This document shows, one piece after another, positions 37,601 to 46,271 of a DNA stretch of 64,000 nt. This stretch comes from an uncultured Rickettsiales bacterium (GTDB taxonomy: Bacteria > Pseudomonadota > Alphaproteobacteria > Rickettsiales > UBA1997), in NCBI GenBank assembly GCA_944391075.1, contig CALXSG010000001.1, forward strand, positions 6,381 to 70,380, written 5' to 3'. Within the stretch, counting starts at the first letter, position 1; the number at the start of each line of letters is the position of its first letter. Both the position numbers and the translations under genes were made by a program. Under the pieces are notes generated by a model, which was not told where the DNA came from, did no database searches, and saw nothing but the letters and a program-made list of their open reading frames with translations.

Positions 37601-38997
37601 AATATTTGTCCGGGTTTGGCTGGTAATGGTTTAACTGGTACACCGCGCATTAATCTCTTGATTACAGTAACCAACATTAAATCTGTGTCAACATTATTAC
37701 TTGATAAATTATATATACCATAGTAGTCCTGTAAATCATACCGTGTAGAATAAATTGTATTTGCTAAATTATTACCATTAGAAATTGAATCTCTTTTTAT
37801 TGCCAATATTTCCGTTGATGTTTGTGACGGAAATGGCCTATAAAAATATGATAAAAAATTATCGGGTTCATCATTATTTGTCGCATCCTGGTTTATTGCA
37901 CCACATAAAGGATTTAAATTATTTTGTAATAAAGCACAATCCACTGTTTGTTGGCAAAAACCAGCTACACATCTCTGAGGATTTACTAAATAATTTTTTA
38001 CAATATTATTTATTGTAGCATTATTCCCTATTGTTGTATTTTCAAAATTTTTATCAATTCCCGTATATGTATCGCACATACTATTTAGTACTGTATTACA
38101 TTCTAGTTGATTGCTACGTCTATAATTTTGACAATATATAGAACTACATGTAGATGTTAATACTGAATAATTATTACTACTATTTGATGATACAAATAGT
38201 TTTTCTATATATTTTTGTTGATAATTTTCACTTCTTATTATTTTATTATTATCATTCGTATCTCTATAACCAAAAAGCCAGAAATTTGTATAACATGTTA
38301 AGCTGTCACTAGATGACGGAGGGCATTGGTGTATCATGCATTGAAAAAGATCATTGCCTGCTCGATCTTTTAAGCCACGAATATTTGGAATTAAATAATC
38401 AAGATCTTGTTCAGCAAATTCATGACAATACGTATATTCATCTGTAATTATACCTACACTCATAGAATTTCCTAATGAATTTCTAACAGATTTATTCTTA
38501 TATTTGTAGGGATTGCAAAAATTATATTTTATATTATCGATTCCATATGTTTGTAAGTATATAGTTTCCAATTCTTCATTTGTCAAGTCAAGACAACTTT
38601 TTTTATAACAATTTACAACTGGATTACCATTACTATCATAGCCTGGTGTTGGAAAATATAATTTTCTATCACCATTTTCATCGATATATGTATCGGAACA
38701 ATATCTTACTTTAAGACAAGTTGGGTACAAGCCATTAAACGCTTCTGGTAAATTATCTGATGGATAAGTAACCCAAGCTGCTCCAACCGTAGATTCACCT
38801 ATATCACCACAATATGGCAAATATATTATATTATCAACATGTTCTTCTGGTAAAAAATTTTGAGTTAGTATATACCTTGTTTGATCTCCATAAGTTGTTG
38901 GAGACTTTCCATAAGAAAAATAAGGTATAAAGAACAAAAACAAAGTTATTATTGCTAACTTCTCACGAAATAAAATAAAAACTTTATTTTTTATCAT
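31621..38997 (-). CDS. Giant (2458 aa) secreted, cysteine-rich protein with Sushi/CCP-like and EGF-like cysteine modules. Function unknown; probably a surface or host-interaction protein.
   Basis: Uninterrupted 7.4-kb ORF. GAGG sits 5 nt upstream of the ATG. Signal-like MIKNKVFILFREKLAIITLFLFFIPYFSYG. Cys occurs throughout. Repeated C..C..G.W..C-x-CP patterns, e.g. YRECLPDGTWGPVHNPCRLYNACPS. Confidence 0.9.
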   Translation of the reverse strand: MIKNKVFILFREKLAIITLFLFFIPYFSYGKSPTTYGDQTRYILTQNFLPEEHVDNIIYLPYCGDIGESTVGAAWVTYPSDNLPEAFNGLYPTCLKVRYCSDTYIDENGDRKLYFPTPGYDSNGNPVVNCYKKSCLDLTNEELETIYLQTYGIDNIKYNFCNPYKYKNKSVRNSLGNSMSVGIITDEYTYCHEFAEQDLDYLIPNIRGLKDRAGNDLFQCMIHQCPPSSSDSLTCYTNFWLFGYRDTNDNNKIIRSENYQQKYIEKLFVSSNSSNNYSVLTSTCSSIYCQNYRRSNQLECNTVLNSMCDTYTGIDKNFENTTIGNNATINNIVKNYLVNPQRCVAGFCQQTVDCALLQNNLNPLCGAINQDATNNDEPDNFLSYFYRPFPSQTSTEILAIKRDSISNGNNLANTIYSTRYDLQDYYGIYNLSSNNVDTDLMLVTVIKRLMRGVPVKPLPAKPGQILQATRNTAGLFHTKYIDLKFDNTNNSSYLKDYFNYIKNGIYTSNRDNICFANVNDFKTYGFRQAHSNRVHDLFWWNEGDYYFSRNNNAQDFITLYSNALSIPICENANNLSHSVQDNSGRSALCNIEVDHTNLTPRTDGYYIKGTPIFNWSTNKAEIESVEVEVCLRVSSYYKDTKLCGARECVITCADNDCNTMKQVCGIDKCVTLKWNREGPDCTMDAVEADMNNAETDPNKKLTCYKVVTENGKNNKVRFRINKINGKLYVFVDASKSSGGDTDFMKSVLSESKITLNSSGDIFNNQNYSITEYKGKLVGENLLDDNNLKNWVDENQDGINTNYEYITDEDVFGEELHNIFQCGENDAIKNPICTEMSIGSKYASNDKWIVWDIVQYIGNNQPQYVINEDGQKINNPNCRVGYLQNCRGYYDAQGNFFKESQGIPLPLAASPNKFYKYATTLNSQNLFLPLLKIYSAYVYDTTTNNLINKTLTDTQEDQSLEVDFFKPTMTVIFEYVQDTNTIPFDKTEISRTISDSQKKYEIEYILRKTTEKGSEIVPKVCLIRPLGFDANKNPVESVIMCIKRKKPDLNSILISMGKDTNSFKPYLNVYFIDNDKIDKTKNINLNGSNSIQFKNVSSNAPTDKEEKLKLPPNSKAEAHTYPITVEASYCSELHYDCINYKKQLIIEKRKLETINKDESPEALTEYNAITANITQLTNKVSRCENTVKTYCDNITSGIYSLKTIRGYNGDKIYNIGNQKRANIAHIYHSNYVKIRMCLINNNCSNELKNIINTYNQEVKAGHVIYNVENNIPVNYNTIGAENNLCIVSGFDTYFPNVIAIKSTGTTLGKCILNTESKKNPNCRRTHYYTYCTDNNDPNCICLNGTAECNCAYGNVCVKKNSCECSDVDGATNSCTNLPEECYLPGTNGYKILLKDGNQINTVCSCEYAADTTIVTTGKEIRKATPTELGLCAEATTIPICQPIKYYDSNKNYSDGGIGEKLSVIQEKYKSNIWRTNETKEDKIKNDSMGHAEFDMSRPYIEDSFNIESLYCHNPNTGHYYILDETSDSCQDGYVEIYATEGECKGFWKNKTVLSNDGTYDTINPLATCTLNANFILANNTNCERYSCPAVNENDSNYVKSEEKYTLNTNEINSTNANKKGLSHGYANWAEYKKGTYSIDGIPLNNGIENGHGDDIEQRTAESCIYGYVPAGFSKIINKYYPVKIDNSASDGVLYFDKFVKNMLLENQDYISASDMIINLNYNAKDHLPVRYCNQVGQWMPVDDIYTKYKINLYNLNSAPFHDLDSDGYVKIDTYKNMLYPNIETNTYGVSVDYSKKYCERSFCKAISANDVPLFLYDEHNTEVNLAGNEADPTSPFSRFLGLDDDYNVGYFANEDTINVYTVWRHTGGATWQETPGPLSDNDIRNVIGSCDASKHFYPHNAIFLQNSFTNMDNQKISYSSFEKQYNNLFSATNISISSIIKPELKKFFENTTLIQHPTRRCNKYGVWGAIENECEKACEPLDPFRTNFTYEGSGNNLKVTVLGLYKTPHLRNDYYKEIDANTKVGDIYTGGARWGRTLAGQYAIGECDSTIKTNMQVYNANGQLVNSNQNITFISNGSKNDVIPGTTIKIAGRPYRECLPDGTWGPVHNPCRLYNACPSLNVYNADLSQYSSAVAKREIVGSLNSSSILSEDIFNNTNSVRVTSECDKRYYEEGGTISKNCIIQTQQWDSNSLNNSCILKVCPSYNKKIGNVEIINIDSSRELYYPKNSGYSGEITLNNRSYKGYSVNRFCPNLFECIDCEDTSTVKYTCVYDENTNDLIWESTGRCEPRSCSFNALVSKCNQLGSCLPRQETLSVTDLTFIPQDNSFSDIVFENNKKYNDDKSKFAIGSRVALLPKTNYKNNMETYAYCNERGEWNIVGGFEPITCSMNNLEKLEGARWEKEYSTSCNNTHSNAVCHGTIEKVVCDSPTTTVGTRTAKCVVINNVAEWQYTGSVQCVK

Positions 38998-39026
38998 TTA
39001 TACCTCAAAATAATTAAAAAGAATTT

Positions 39027-39236
39027 CTATTCTTCTACAACTGGAATTGTTTTCCAAGCAATAGGTTTTCCATTGGCATCCATTATGATATTGTTGGTTT
39101 TAGCATATTTAGCGGCCATATAAATACCGTCGCCAGCATATAAACCAACATATTTAATTGGTTCAACTTCCTTTCCATCATACATTTTCTTGCCACCAGA
39201 TGCACCTTTATTTTTAGGGTTATTTTTTGTAGCCAT
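39027..39236 (-). CDS. Small basic hypothetical protein (69 aa) immediately upstream of, and probably co-transcribed with, the giant gene
   Basis: ORF MATKNNPKNKGASGGKKMYDGKEVEPIKYVGLYAGDGIYMAAKYAKTNNIIMDANGKPIAWKTIPVVEE. Its stop lies 29 nt before the giant gene's ATG on the same strand. Confidence 0.5.
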   Translation of the reverse strand: MATKNNPKNKGASGGKKMYDGKEVEPIKYVGLYAGDGIYMAAKYAKTNNIIMDANGKPIAWKTIPVVEE

Positions 39237-39371
39237 TTCTTTCCTTATATTAATAATATTAAAAATATAAGAAAATTATATATCTTAAATTTATTTTTTC
39301 AAGAAAAATTAACATTTATTATAGACTTATAAAAAAAATATTTTATATTCATAAAAATATTTAGTTTATTT

Positions 39372-40517
39372 ATGTCAATTTCAATTTATATTCATTACCC
39401 ATTTTGCAAGTCTAAATGTCCTTATTGTGATTTTAATTCTTATTGTAATTTAAAAATTGATGAAGAAGACTTAATAAAGTCATATCTTAATGAAATTGAA
39501 TACTATAAAGATATTATTAAAGATAAAATAATTAACACAATATATTTTGGTGGTGGCACCCCATCACTTATGAGCGAAAAACTTTTAAGTAATATAATGA
39601 ATAAAATTAATTCATTATACAAAATTAATCAAAATTGTGAAATAAGTTTAGAAAGCAACCCAAATAGCATCAATTATGAAAAATTAAAAAGTTTTAAAGA
39701 TATTGGTATAAATAGATTATCAATAGGAGTGCAGTCATTAATTGATGAAGATTTAAAATTTTTAGGAAGAATACATAATAAAAATGAAGCAATAGAAGCA
39801 ATAAATAATGCACAAAAAATTTTTAACGATAAATATTCAATAGACTTAATTTATGGAAGACCTAATCAAAATTTAAATGAATGGAAAGAAGAATTAAATG
39901 AAGCGATAAAATTATCACCATTTCATATTTCTTTATATCAACTTATAATAGAAAAAGGAACTCCTTTTTATAGAAATAAAATTCAAACACCAAATGAAGA
40001 TATAGCTACAAAGCTTTATGAAAAAACAAACAATATACTTGAAAAAAACAATATATTTCAATATGAGATTTCTAATTATGCTAAAAATGGTTATGAATGT
40101 AAACATAATTTAGTTTATTGGAATAATGGTGAATGGATTGGTATAGGTGCAGGAGCACATGGACGAATAAATATTAATCAAAAAAGATATAGTATTCAAA
40201 ATTTAAAAAAACCATTAAATTGGCTTGATAAGACATTAAAAAATAAAAATGGTATTAGTATTAAAAAATTATTATCAAAACAAGAAATTATAGAGGAATA
40301 TTTAATAATGGGACTAAGAATCAAAGATGGTATTAAAATAAAAAATTTACAAAAAAATATAGATTGTAATAGTTTTTATGACATTTTAGATAAAAGCAAT
40401 ATAGAATTTCTTGTTAAATTAAATTTAATTAATGCTAATGATAAAAATATTAAATTAACAAAAAATGGCTTTCTATTGCTTAATTCTATAATAGAAAAGT
40501 TAGCTCCTAATAATTAA
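39372..40517 (+). CDS. hemW: Radical SAM heme chaperone HemW (HemN-like, oxygen-independent coproporphyrinogen oxidase family)
   Basis: IYIHYPFCKSKCPYCDFNS (CxxxCxxC radical-SAM motif), YFGGGTPS, and a HemN_C-like tail. Confidence 0.88.
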   Translation: MSISIYIHYPFCKSKCPYCDFNSYCNLKIDEEDLIKSYLNEIEYYKDIIKDKIINTIYFGGGTPSLMSEKLLSNIMNKINSLYKINQNCEISLESNPNSINYEKLKSFKDIGINRLSIGVQSLIDEDLKFLGRIHNKNEAIEAINNAQKIFNDKYSIDLIYGRPNQNLNEWKEELNEAIKLSPFHISLYQLIIEKGTPFYRNKIQTPNEDIATKLYEKTNNILEKNNIFQYEISNYAKNGYECKHNLVYWNNGEWIGIGAGAHGRININQKRYSIQNLKKPLNWLDKTLKNKNGISIKKLLSKQEIIEEYLIMGLRIKDGIKIKNLQKNIDCNSFYDILDKSNIEFLVKLNLINANDKNIKLTKNGFLLLNSIIEKLAPNN

Positions 40518-40522
40518 TTTAA

Positions 40523-41188
40523 TTAATTTTCAGCGGAAATAATAAATACTAATGATAATACCGAAAATATATAAGCTTGAATTATACTACTTATAAAGGT
40601 AAGTATACTTAAAAATATTGGAAAACCAAGAGCTAAAAAAGCTATTTGAGAAACAACAGCTGTAATAATCATGCCACTCATCATATTTCCATATAACCTA
40701 ATTGCTAATGCACAATTACTAGAAATATCACTAATTATATTCATAACAAGCATAACTGGTGTTGGTTTTAAATATTTTTTTAAATAACCTAAAACACCAA
40801 CTTGTCTAATACCATATATAAGTCCCAAAGAAACTGTGACAATTACAATAGCAATATTTGTTGATAATGAAGCTGTTGGCGAATAAAAATAAGGAATTAA
40901 TTGTAATAAATTTGCACCCAATATAAATAAAAACATAGTTGCAATAAAAGGAAATACAAAATTTATATCAACTTTTCCCATCTTTTCAACTTGATCTTTT
41001 ATACCATAAATCAGTATTTCAAAAAAGTTTTGTAATTTACCAATATTTTTTTCATGAGTTAAAGCTAATCTTAAAATTATTGCAACTGTAATAACAAAAG
41101 CCATCAATATCCAAGTGAATAGAATTGTATTATTTATCTTGAAAAAGCCATTTTGCCATACAATTATTTGATCTGGTGTAATATTCAT
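40523..41188 (-). CDS. atpB: F/N-type ATP synthase subunit a
   Basis: LAIRLYGNMMSGMII contains the essential stator Arg motif. The protein is polytopic. I place the start at MNITPDQ (ATG 41188-41186), which forms an ATGA overlap with the stop of the upstream small ORF. The track ORF extends to 41275. Confidence 0.88.
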   Translation of the reverse strand: MNITPDQIIVWQNGFFKINNTILFTWILMAFVITVAIILRLALTHEKNIGKLQNFFEILIYGIKDQVEKMGKVDINFVFPFIATMFLFILGANLLQLIPYFYSPTASLSTNIAIVIVTVSLGLIYGIRQVGVLGYLKKYLKPTPVMLVMNIISDISSNCALAIRLYGNMMSGMIITAVVSQIAFLALGFPIFLSILTFISSIIQAYIFSVLSLVFIISAEN

Positions 41189-41451
41189 TTTTTTGTCCTT
41201 TGAATTTTTGCTAAAATTATAAAAAATACTTTCGCAACAGTAAAACCAATCAGCATTAAAATAGCATTTTGCCACTTTTTATCTAAAAATACATATACTA
41301 TTGTTGCAATAATGAATAATCTAATGAGTAAACTTGATATAGCAACTGCTACACTTTTTTTCTCCAATATTTTTTTAATAGTCCACTTTAATGCTAAAGA
41401 ATTTAATATTCCAATCATTAAACCAATAAAAATTAAAAAAATACTATACAT
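41185..41451 (-). CDS. Small ATP-synthase-associated membrane protein, AtpR-like (N-ATPase) or AtpI-like
   Basis: 88 aa with 3 hydrophobic helices and an Arg inside a helix (SSLLIRLFIIATIV). It is translationally coupled (ATGA) to atpB. Confidence 0.55.
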   Translation of the reverse strand: MYSIFLIFIGLMIGILNSLALKWTIKKILEKKSVAVAISSLLIRLFIIATIVYVFLDKKWQNAILMLIGFTVAKVFFIILAKIQRTKK

Positions 41452-41582
41452 TAAAAAATATTATAAATAAAAATCTACCGACATTTTAAAACATTGTTAG
41501 CTAATAGTCAAGATAAAATATTATTATTGACAAACTAAGTATTGTAAAATAAAATATTATATTATGCAAGAAATACAATATT

Positions 41583-42350
41583 ATGACTAAAATAGTTTTT
41601 TGGGATTATGATGGAACCCTTGTAGATACAGAGACTGCTTATAAAAATTCATTAATTTATTTTTTAAATGAAAAAAATTTAGCTTTAAAACCACTTGACG
41701 ATAATTTTTTTTATAAGTTTATTTCTGGAAATCATCCAGAAGGTTTTTTAAACGAAATGGAAAAACAAGGTTATATAGCTAATGCAAATGATATTAGTTC
41801 TGATGATATTAGAATATATTATGATAAATATTTTGCTAGTCTAAAAAAAGGTGATGTTAAAGTTATAGATAATGTTGACAATATTATTGGAGAAATTGCA
41901 AAACAAAAAGATATTTTTATGTGTATTACAACTTCTTCTTACCCAAAAGGTTTTGAAATCAAAAATAGTAAAGTGAATAGTCCTATTTTAGATTCTATTT
42001 TTAAATTAGATAACAATATTTACTTATGCGGAGCTATAAGTGATTGTAAATTTAAACCTAGTCCTGATATATATTTTTATGCATTTAATAATATAATAAA
42101 AAGAAATAATTTACAACCAATGGAAAATGATACATTATTTATTGTAGAAGATTCAAAAACTGGTTGCATAGCAAGTAATAATTTTAAAAATACTATTGAT
42201 AGCAAAATTAATGTTAAAATAATTGGTTATACAGCCGGCATGCAATATGAACCATATAAACAAGAATATATTAATAAACTAATTGATGCAGGTACTGATT
42301 TAATAGCGAATACATCAAAAGATTTATTAAAATTTATAATTAATCAATAG
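41583..42350 (+). CDS. HAD-superfamily hydrolase
   Basis: IVFWDYDGTLVDTE (DxDGT motif I), ITTSS (motif II) and VEDSKTG (motif IV-like). Confidence 0.8.
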   Translation: MTKIVFWDYDGTLVDTETAYKNSLIYFLNEKNLALKPLDDNFFYKFISGNHPEGFLNEMEKQGYIANANDISSDDIRIYYDKYFASLKKGDVKVIDNVDNIIGEIAKQKDIFMCITTSSYPKGFEIKNSKVNSPILDSIFKLDNNIYLCGAISDCKFKPSPDIYFYAFNNIIKRNNLQPMENDTLFIVEDSKTGCIASNNFKNTIDSKINVKIIGYTAGMQYEPYKQEYINKLIDAGTDLIANTSKDLLKFIINQ

Positions 42351-42851
42351 TTTAACAGAATGTAAATTATCTTTAAAATAATTGTGAATTTTAATTCTTT
42401 GTATGTCATATTCAAAATTTATTCTCCATTTAGGGGCTAATTCATAACTTACACCAGCACCATATAATAACATAAAATCTAATTTATCTTTTGTGTTATT
42501 TATGTTGTTGAAATTATATTTTGTAAAAGAAGCACCGATATTTCCATAAACAGCTAATTTATATGTAATATTATAGCCGATATTATAACTTGCGCCATAT
42601 CTATATTTTACATTAAGATAATTATTATTAAAATTATTTTCTATATTTAAAAAATCATAAAATATTTCCGTACCTAAAATAAATCTATTAGAATTCCATA
42701 AAATTTTATAAGAAAAATTAAAATTTAAATTATTTTCTAATTCTTTAACTTTTGATTGTCCTATTCCTAAACCAATAGAACTACCTAATGTTAAAGCATA
42801 AGTATTTTGTGTAATAAAAAACAAAAATATAAGATTTAATGACTTTTTCAT
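42327..42851 (-). CDS. Small outer-membrane beta-barrel protein
   Basis: Signal peptide MKKSLNLIFLFFITQNTYA, alternating aromatic/polar beta-strand pattern, and a C-terminal ..LLINYKF (terminal Phe). Confidence 0.7.
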   Translation of the reverse strand: MKKSLNLIFLFFITQNTYALTLGSSIGLGIGQSKVKELENNLNFNFSYKILWNSNRFILGTEIFYDFLNIENNFNNNYLNVKYRYGASYNIGYNITYKLAVYGNIGASFTKYNFNNINNTKDKLDFMLLYGAGVSYELAPKWRINFEYDIQRIKIHNYFKDNLHSVKLLINYKF

Positions 42852-42944
42852 TAAGTTTCTTATTAAAGTTTACTTATCTTTAAAATATCTTGAAAAAATA
42901 TATTGTCAATTGTATATTCTTTTTAATACATAATCAAAAACAAT

Positions 42945-43901
42945 ATGATAAATAAAAAGATATTTTTTATATGTTTACTTTTTGTAAATAATTTATTTGC
43001 TACTGTTAGAATTGCTGTGCCATATGATTTAGAGACTACTGAATTAAATAAAGAACAAAGAGATAAACTTCAAAATATTAAGAATCAAGAATCTATTAGC
43101 ATGCCTGAACAATATAAAGGCCCATTAAAATATACAGAAGGTGAAGAAGAAGTTAAATTAAGAGATGTTGCCCTATCTTTAGGTATTGGGGGTAGATATA
43201 CATTTATAAATGATATAGAATTAACATCAAATTTAGATTTAACAGGTAGTGCTACTTATTTTAACAAAATTAATAAGTGGAAAATGAAAAATAATTTTAA
43301 TTTTTTTGCTTCAGCTGGTTTATATTGGAGAAATGGTTTTAGAATTGAATTAGAATATTCAGAAATGACTATTGATACAGCAAATTATGGAGAAGATTTT
43401 GCAAGATATAATAGTGGTTTAGGTGCTGGTATTATTTTTAATCAATATTTACAACATGCAGCTATAATATCAAACTATGATGGCATAACTAGACTATCTA
43501 ATAATATGTTACCAGTAGCCGAATTGTCATTAAAAACATATATGTTAAATTTTATATTTGAAAAAACAAAAGTTAATTCTAAAGTAAGGCCATACTTAGG
43601 TTTTGGTTTTGGTATGGTTAATGGTGATTTTTCAAGTCTTGTAAATGAAGGTGGTTCAAAAGTATTTGGTGCGCAAGCTATGGTTGGTTTATCGTATGTT
43701 ATTTCTCCTGAACAAGTGGTTGCTTATTTAGGTTATAGAATATTATATATGAAAGAGATGGAACAAACTTTTACAAGACTTATTGGTGCAAATAATTTTG
43801 ATGGAAATGTATATTATGATCCTGTATTTAAACAATCTACTGAGACATATCAAGTTCCAATTTTACATAATATAGATTTAGGTTTTAAATTCTTCTTTTA
43901 A
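42945..43901 (+). CDS. Outer-membrane beta-barrel protein (porin/surface-antigen like)
   Basis: Signal peptide, beta-strand periodicity (GLYWRNGFRIELEYSEM, PYLGFGFGMVNGDF), and a C-terminal DLGFKFFF. Confidence 0.7.
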   Translation: MINKKIFFICLLFVNNLFATVRIAVPYDLETTELNKEQRDKLQNIKNQESISMPEQYKGPLKYTEGEEEVKLRDVALSLGIGGRYTFINDIELTSNLDLTGSATYFNKINKWKMKNNFNFFASAGLYWRNGFRIELEYSEMTIDTANYGEDFARYNSGLGAGIIFNQYLQHAAIISNYDGITRLSNNMLPVAELSLKTYMLNFIFEKTKVNSKVRPYLGFGFGMVNGDFSSLVNEGGSKVFGAQAMVGLSYVISPEQVVAYLGYRILYMKEMEQTFTRLIGANNFDGNVYYDPVFKQSTETYQVPILHNIDLGFKFFF

Positions 43902-44083
43902 AAAATTTAAAAATAAACTACATAGTATCATAGTCTAAAACCTCTACTTATATCAGGGGTTTAATTTTGATGTAAATATAATATAGTTGATTTTTTATAA
44001 TATAATAAATTATTGTTTAATATATTAAGTAATACATTAAAATATAAAAACATCAAATATATTATTAACCAATATTATAATAT

Positions 44084-44116
44084 AAAAACCCACTAGCTAA
44101 ACTAGTGGGTTATATT
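44084..44116. terminator. Bidirectional rho-independent terminator between convergent genes
   Basis: aaaaa-cccactag-ctaaa-ctagtggg-ttatatttt. The stem is GC-containing and is flanked by an A-run and a T-run. Confidence 0.7.
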
Positions 44117-44144
44117 TTATTTAATCTCATTATTTATAATATGA

Positions 44145-46157
44145 TCATTGGTTATTAGGAATTTGATCCATTGCTTCCAATTCATCTATAAAACCACTAA
44201 TAACATTTAAACCATTTTGCCAAAATTCTGGATCCTTAGGATCTAAATTAAATGGTTTTAATAATTCATCATATCTCTTTGTGCTTCCTGCTTGTAATAA
44301 TGTAATATATTTTTCTTCAAAACCATCTGGCTCTTGTAAATAAATAGCATATAAAGAATTTACTAAACAATCGCCAAATGCGTATGAATAAACATAGAAT
44401 GGAGAATGAATAAAGTGTGGAATATACATCCAATAATATTTATATTCATCATTAAAATTAAATACATCTTCGCCTAAACTTTCTTTTTGTGTTTCTAACC
44501 ATATTTCATTAATTCTGTCCATTGTTAGTTCACCATTTTTTCTTTCATTATGAACTTTTAATTCAAATTCAAGAAATGCTATTTGTCTAACAACAGTGTT
44601 TAGCATATCTTCAATTTTGCTAGCTAAAATAGCTTTTTTCTTTTGTTTATCTGTTTCTTGATTTAATATTTTTCTAAAAGTAAGTTGTTCTCCAAAAACA
44701 GATGCTGTTTCTGCTAATGTTAAAGGAGTTCTAGACATTAAATAACCATTTTTATCAGCAAGTGTTTGATGTATACCATGCCCTAACTCGTGAGCTAATG
44801 TTGATACATCTTCTGCTTTTCCTTGATAATTTAATAAAATATAAGGATGTACCTTAGGTGTAGTAGGCATCATATAACCGCCACTCATCTTGCCGGGTCT
44901 AGTTGGAACATCAATCCAATTATTATCAAAAAATTCTTGTGCTATTTCTGCCATTTGTGGTGAAAAATCACTATATGCTGATAAAACTAATTCTTTTGCT
45001 TCCGGCCAAGTATAAATTTTATCATCATCATATGGTAATGGAGCATTTCTATCATAATAATCCAATTTTTCCTTTCCTAATTCTTTTGCTTTCCATTTAT
45101 AATATCTATGAGCTGTATTTGCATAATTTTTCTTAACTGTTTCTCTTAATGAATCTACTACATCATCATCTATTAAATTACTCAAATTTCTAGCTGAAAT
45201 AGGTGTTTCAAATTTTCTCCATTTATCATTAATATCTTTATCTTTTGCTAATGTATTTGTAATTAAAGTAATAATTTTTCCGTGTTTAGCAAGTGTTTCA
45301 CCAAAAATTTTAGAAGTTTCAGCTCTAACTTTTTCATCTTTTCCATTCATTAATGTTAAGAATTGTGCTTGATTGTATTTCTGGCCATTATATTCGAATT
45401 TTGTATTATTCATCAATTCATCATACAATCTAACCCAAGCATCATTACCGGTTAAAGACTTATCTAATGACATTTTTTCTAAATCTTCACTTAATTGATG
45501 TAGTTTCTCGACTCTAATATCTTCTATTACTTGTTTATAAACCGATAAAGATTTGGATTCTCTATATAATTGCTTCATTCTATTATCAGAAATTTTATTC
45601 AATTCTAACGGGAAGAATAAGGTTTCTGTATATAAATTATTTAATTCTTCTTTAATTTTTTGATAAAACTTTAAATTTTCATCTAATGAAGTATCTTCTG
45701 AATATTTTAAATAAGAATAACTAGCCAATTTAGCCATTAATTCTTGTATATTTTCATATTCAATAACTGCTTCATATAATTCTTTTCCGCTTAAATCTTT
45801 AATCTTTCCTTTATATTTTTGAAAATCATTAACCATTCTATTTAATTCTTCAAGATCTAAATCTATTCTTTCATCTTCTAATGAATCATATAAATCAGTT
45901 AAATTCCATGTAGGTAAATTTTTAAATTGATCATTATACATTTTTTTAGTCTCCACTTTTTGTTCATTATTTTTTTTACTATTCTCTATATTATTTTTTA
46001 TTTGTTTAATAAAATCAGTTTTGACATTATTTTCTGCAAAACAAATAATAAGAACAACTATTACTATAACTATAGATAATAAAAGCTTTGTTTTTGAAGT
46101 TTTTTCTTTTTTAAAAAACATATTATCTTTCATATATCTTTTTATATCATTACTCAT
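44145..46157 (-). CDS. pepF: M3B-family oligoendopeptidase F-like metallopeptidase with an N-terminal membrane anchor
   Basis: TLAHELGHGIHQ (HExxH), a downstream ETASVFGE, length 670 aa, and N-terminal TM LLLSIVIVIVVLIICF. Confidence 0.85.
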   Translation of the reverse strand: MSNDIKRYMKDNMFFKKEKTSKTKLLLSIVIVIVVLIICFAENNVKTDFIKQIKNNIENSKKNNEQKVETKKMYNDQFKNLPTWNLTDLYDSLEDERIDLDLEELNRMVNDFQKYKGKIKDLSGKELYEAVIEYENIQELMAKLASYSYLKYSEDTSLDENLKFYQKIKEELNNLYTETLFFPLELNKISDNRMKQLYRESKSLSVYKQVIEDIRVEKLHQLSEDLEKMSLDKSLTGNDAWVRLYDELMNNTKFEYNGQKYNQAQFLTLMNGKDEKVRAETSKIFGETLAKHGKIITLITNTLAKDKDINDKWRKFETPISARNLSNLIDDDVVDSLRETVKKNYANTAHRYYKWKAKELGKEKLDYYDRNAPLPYDDDKIYTWPEAKELVLSAYSDFSPQMAEIAQEFFDNNWIDVPTRPGKMSGGYMMPTTPKVHPYILLNYQGKAEDVSTLAHELGHGIHQTLADKNGYLMSRTPLTLAETASVFGEQLTFRKILNQETDKQKKKAILASKIEDMLNTVVRQIAFLEFELKVHNERKNGELTMDRINEIWLETQKESLGEDVFNFNDEYKYYWMYIPHFIHSPFYVYSYAFGDCLVNSLYAIYLQEPDGFEEKYITLLQAGSTKRYDELLKPFNLDPKDPEFWQNGLNVISGFIDELEAMDQIPNNQ

Positions 46158-46271
46158 TTAAAATAATATAACAGGTATTTTCTTTATTTCAAGAAAAAAT
46201 TAAAGATAAAAACTTGTTATTTCAAATAATATATTATAGACTACTAATAGTATATAATTTTAAATATATTA

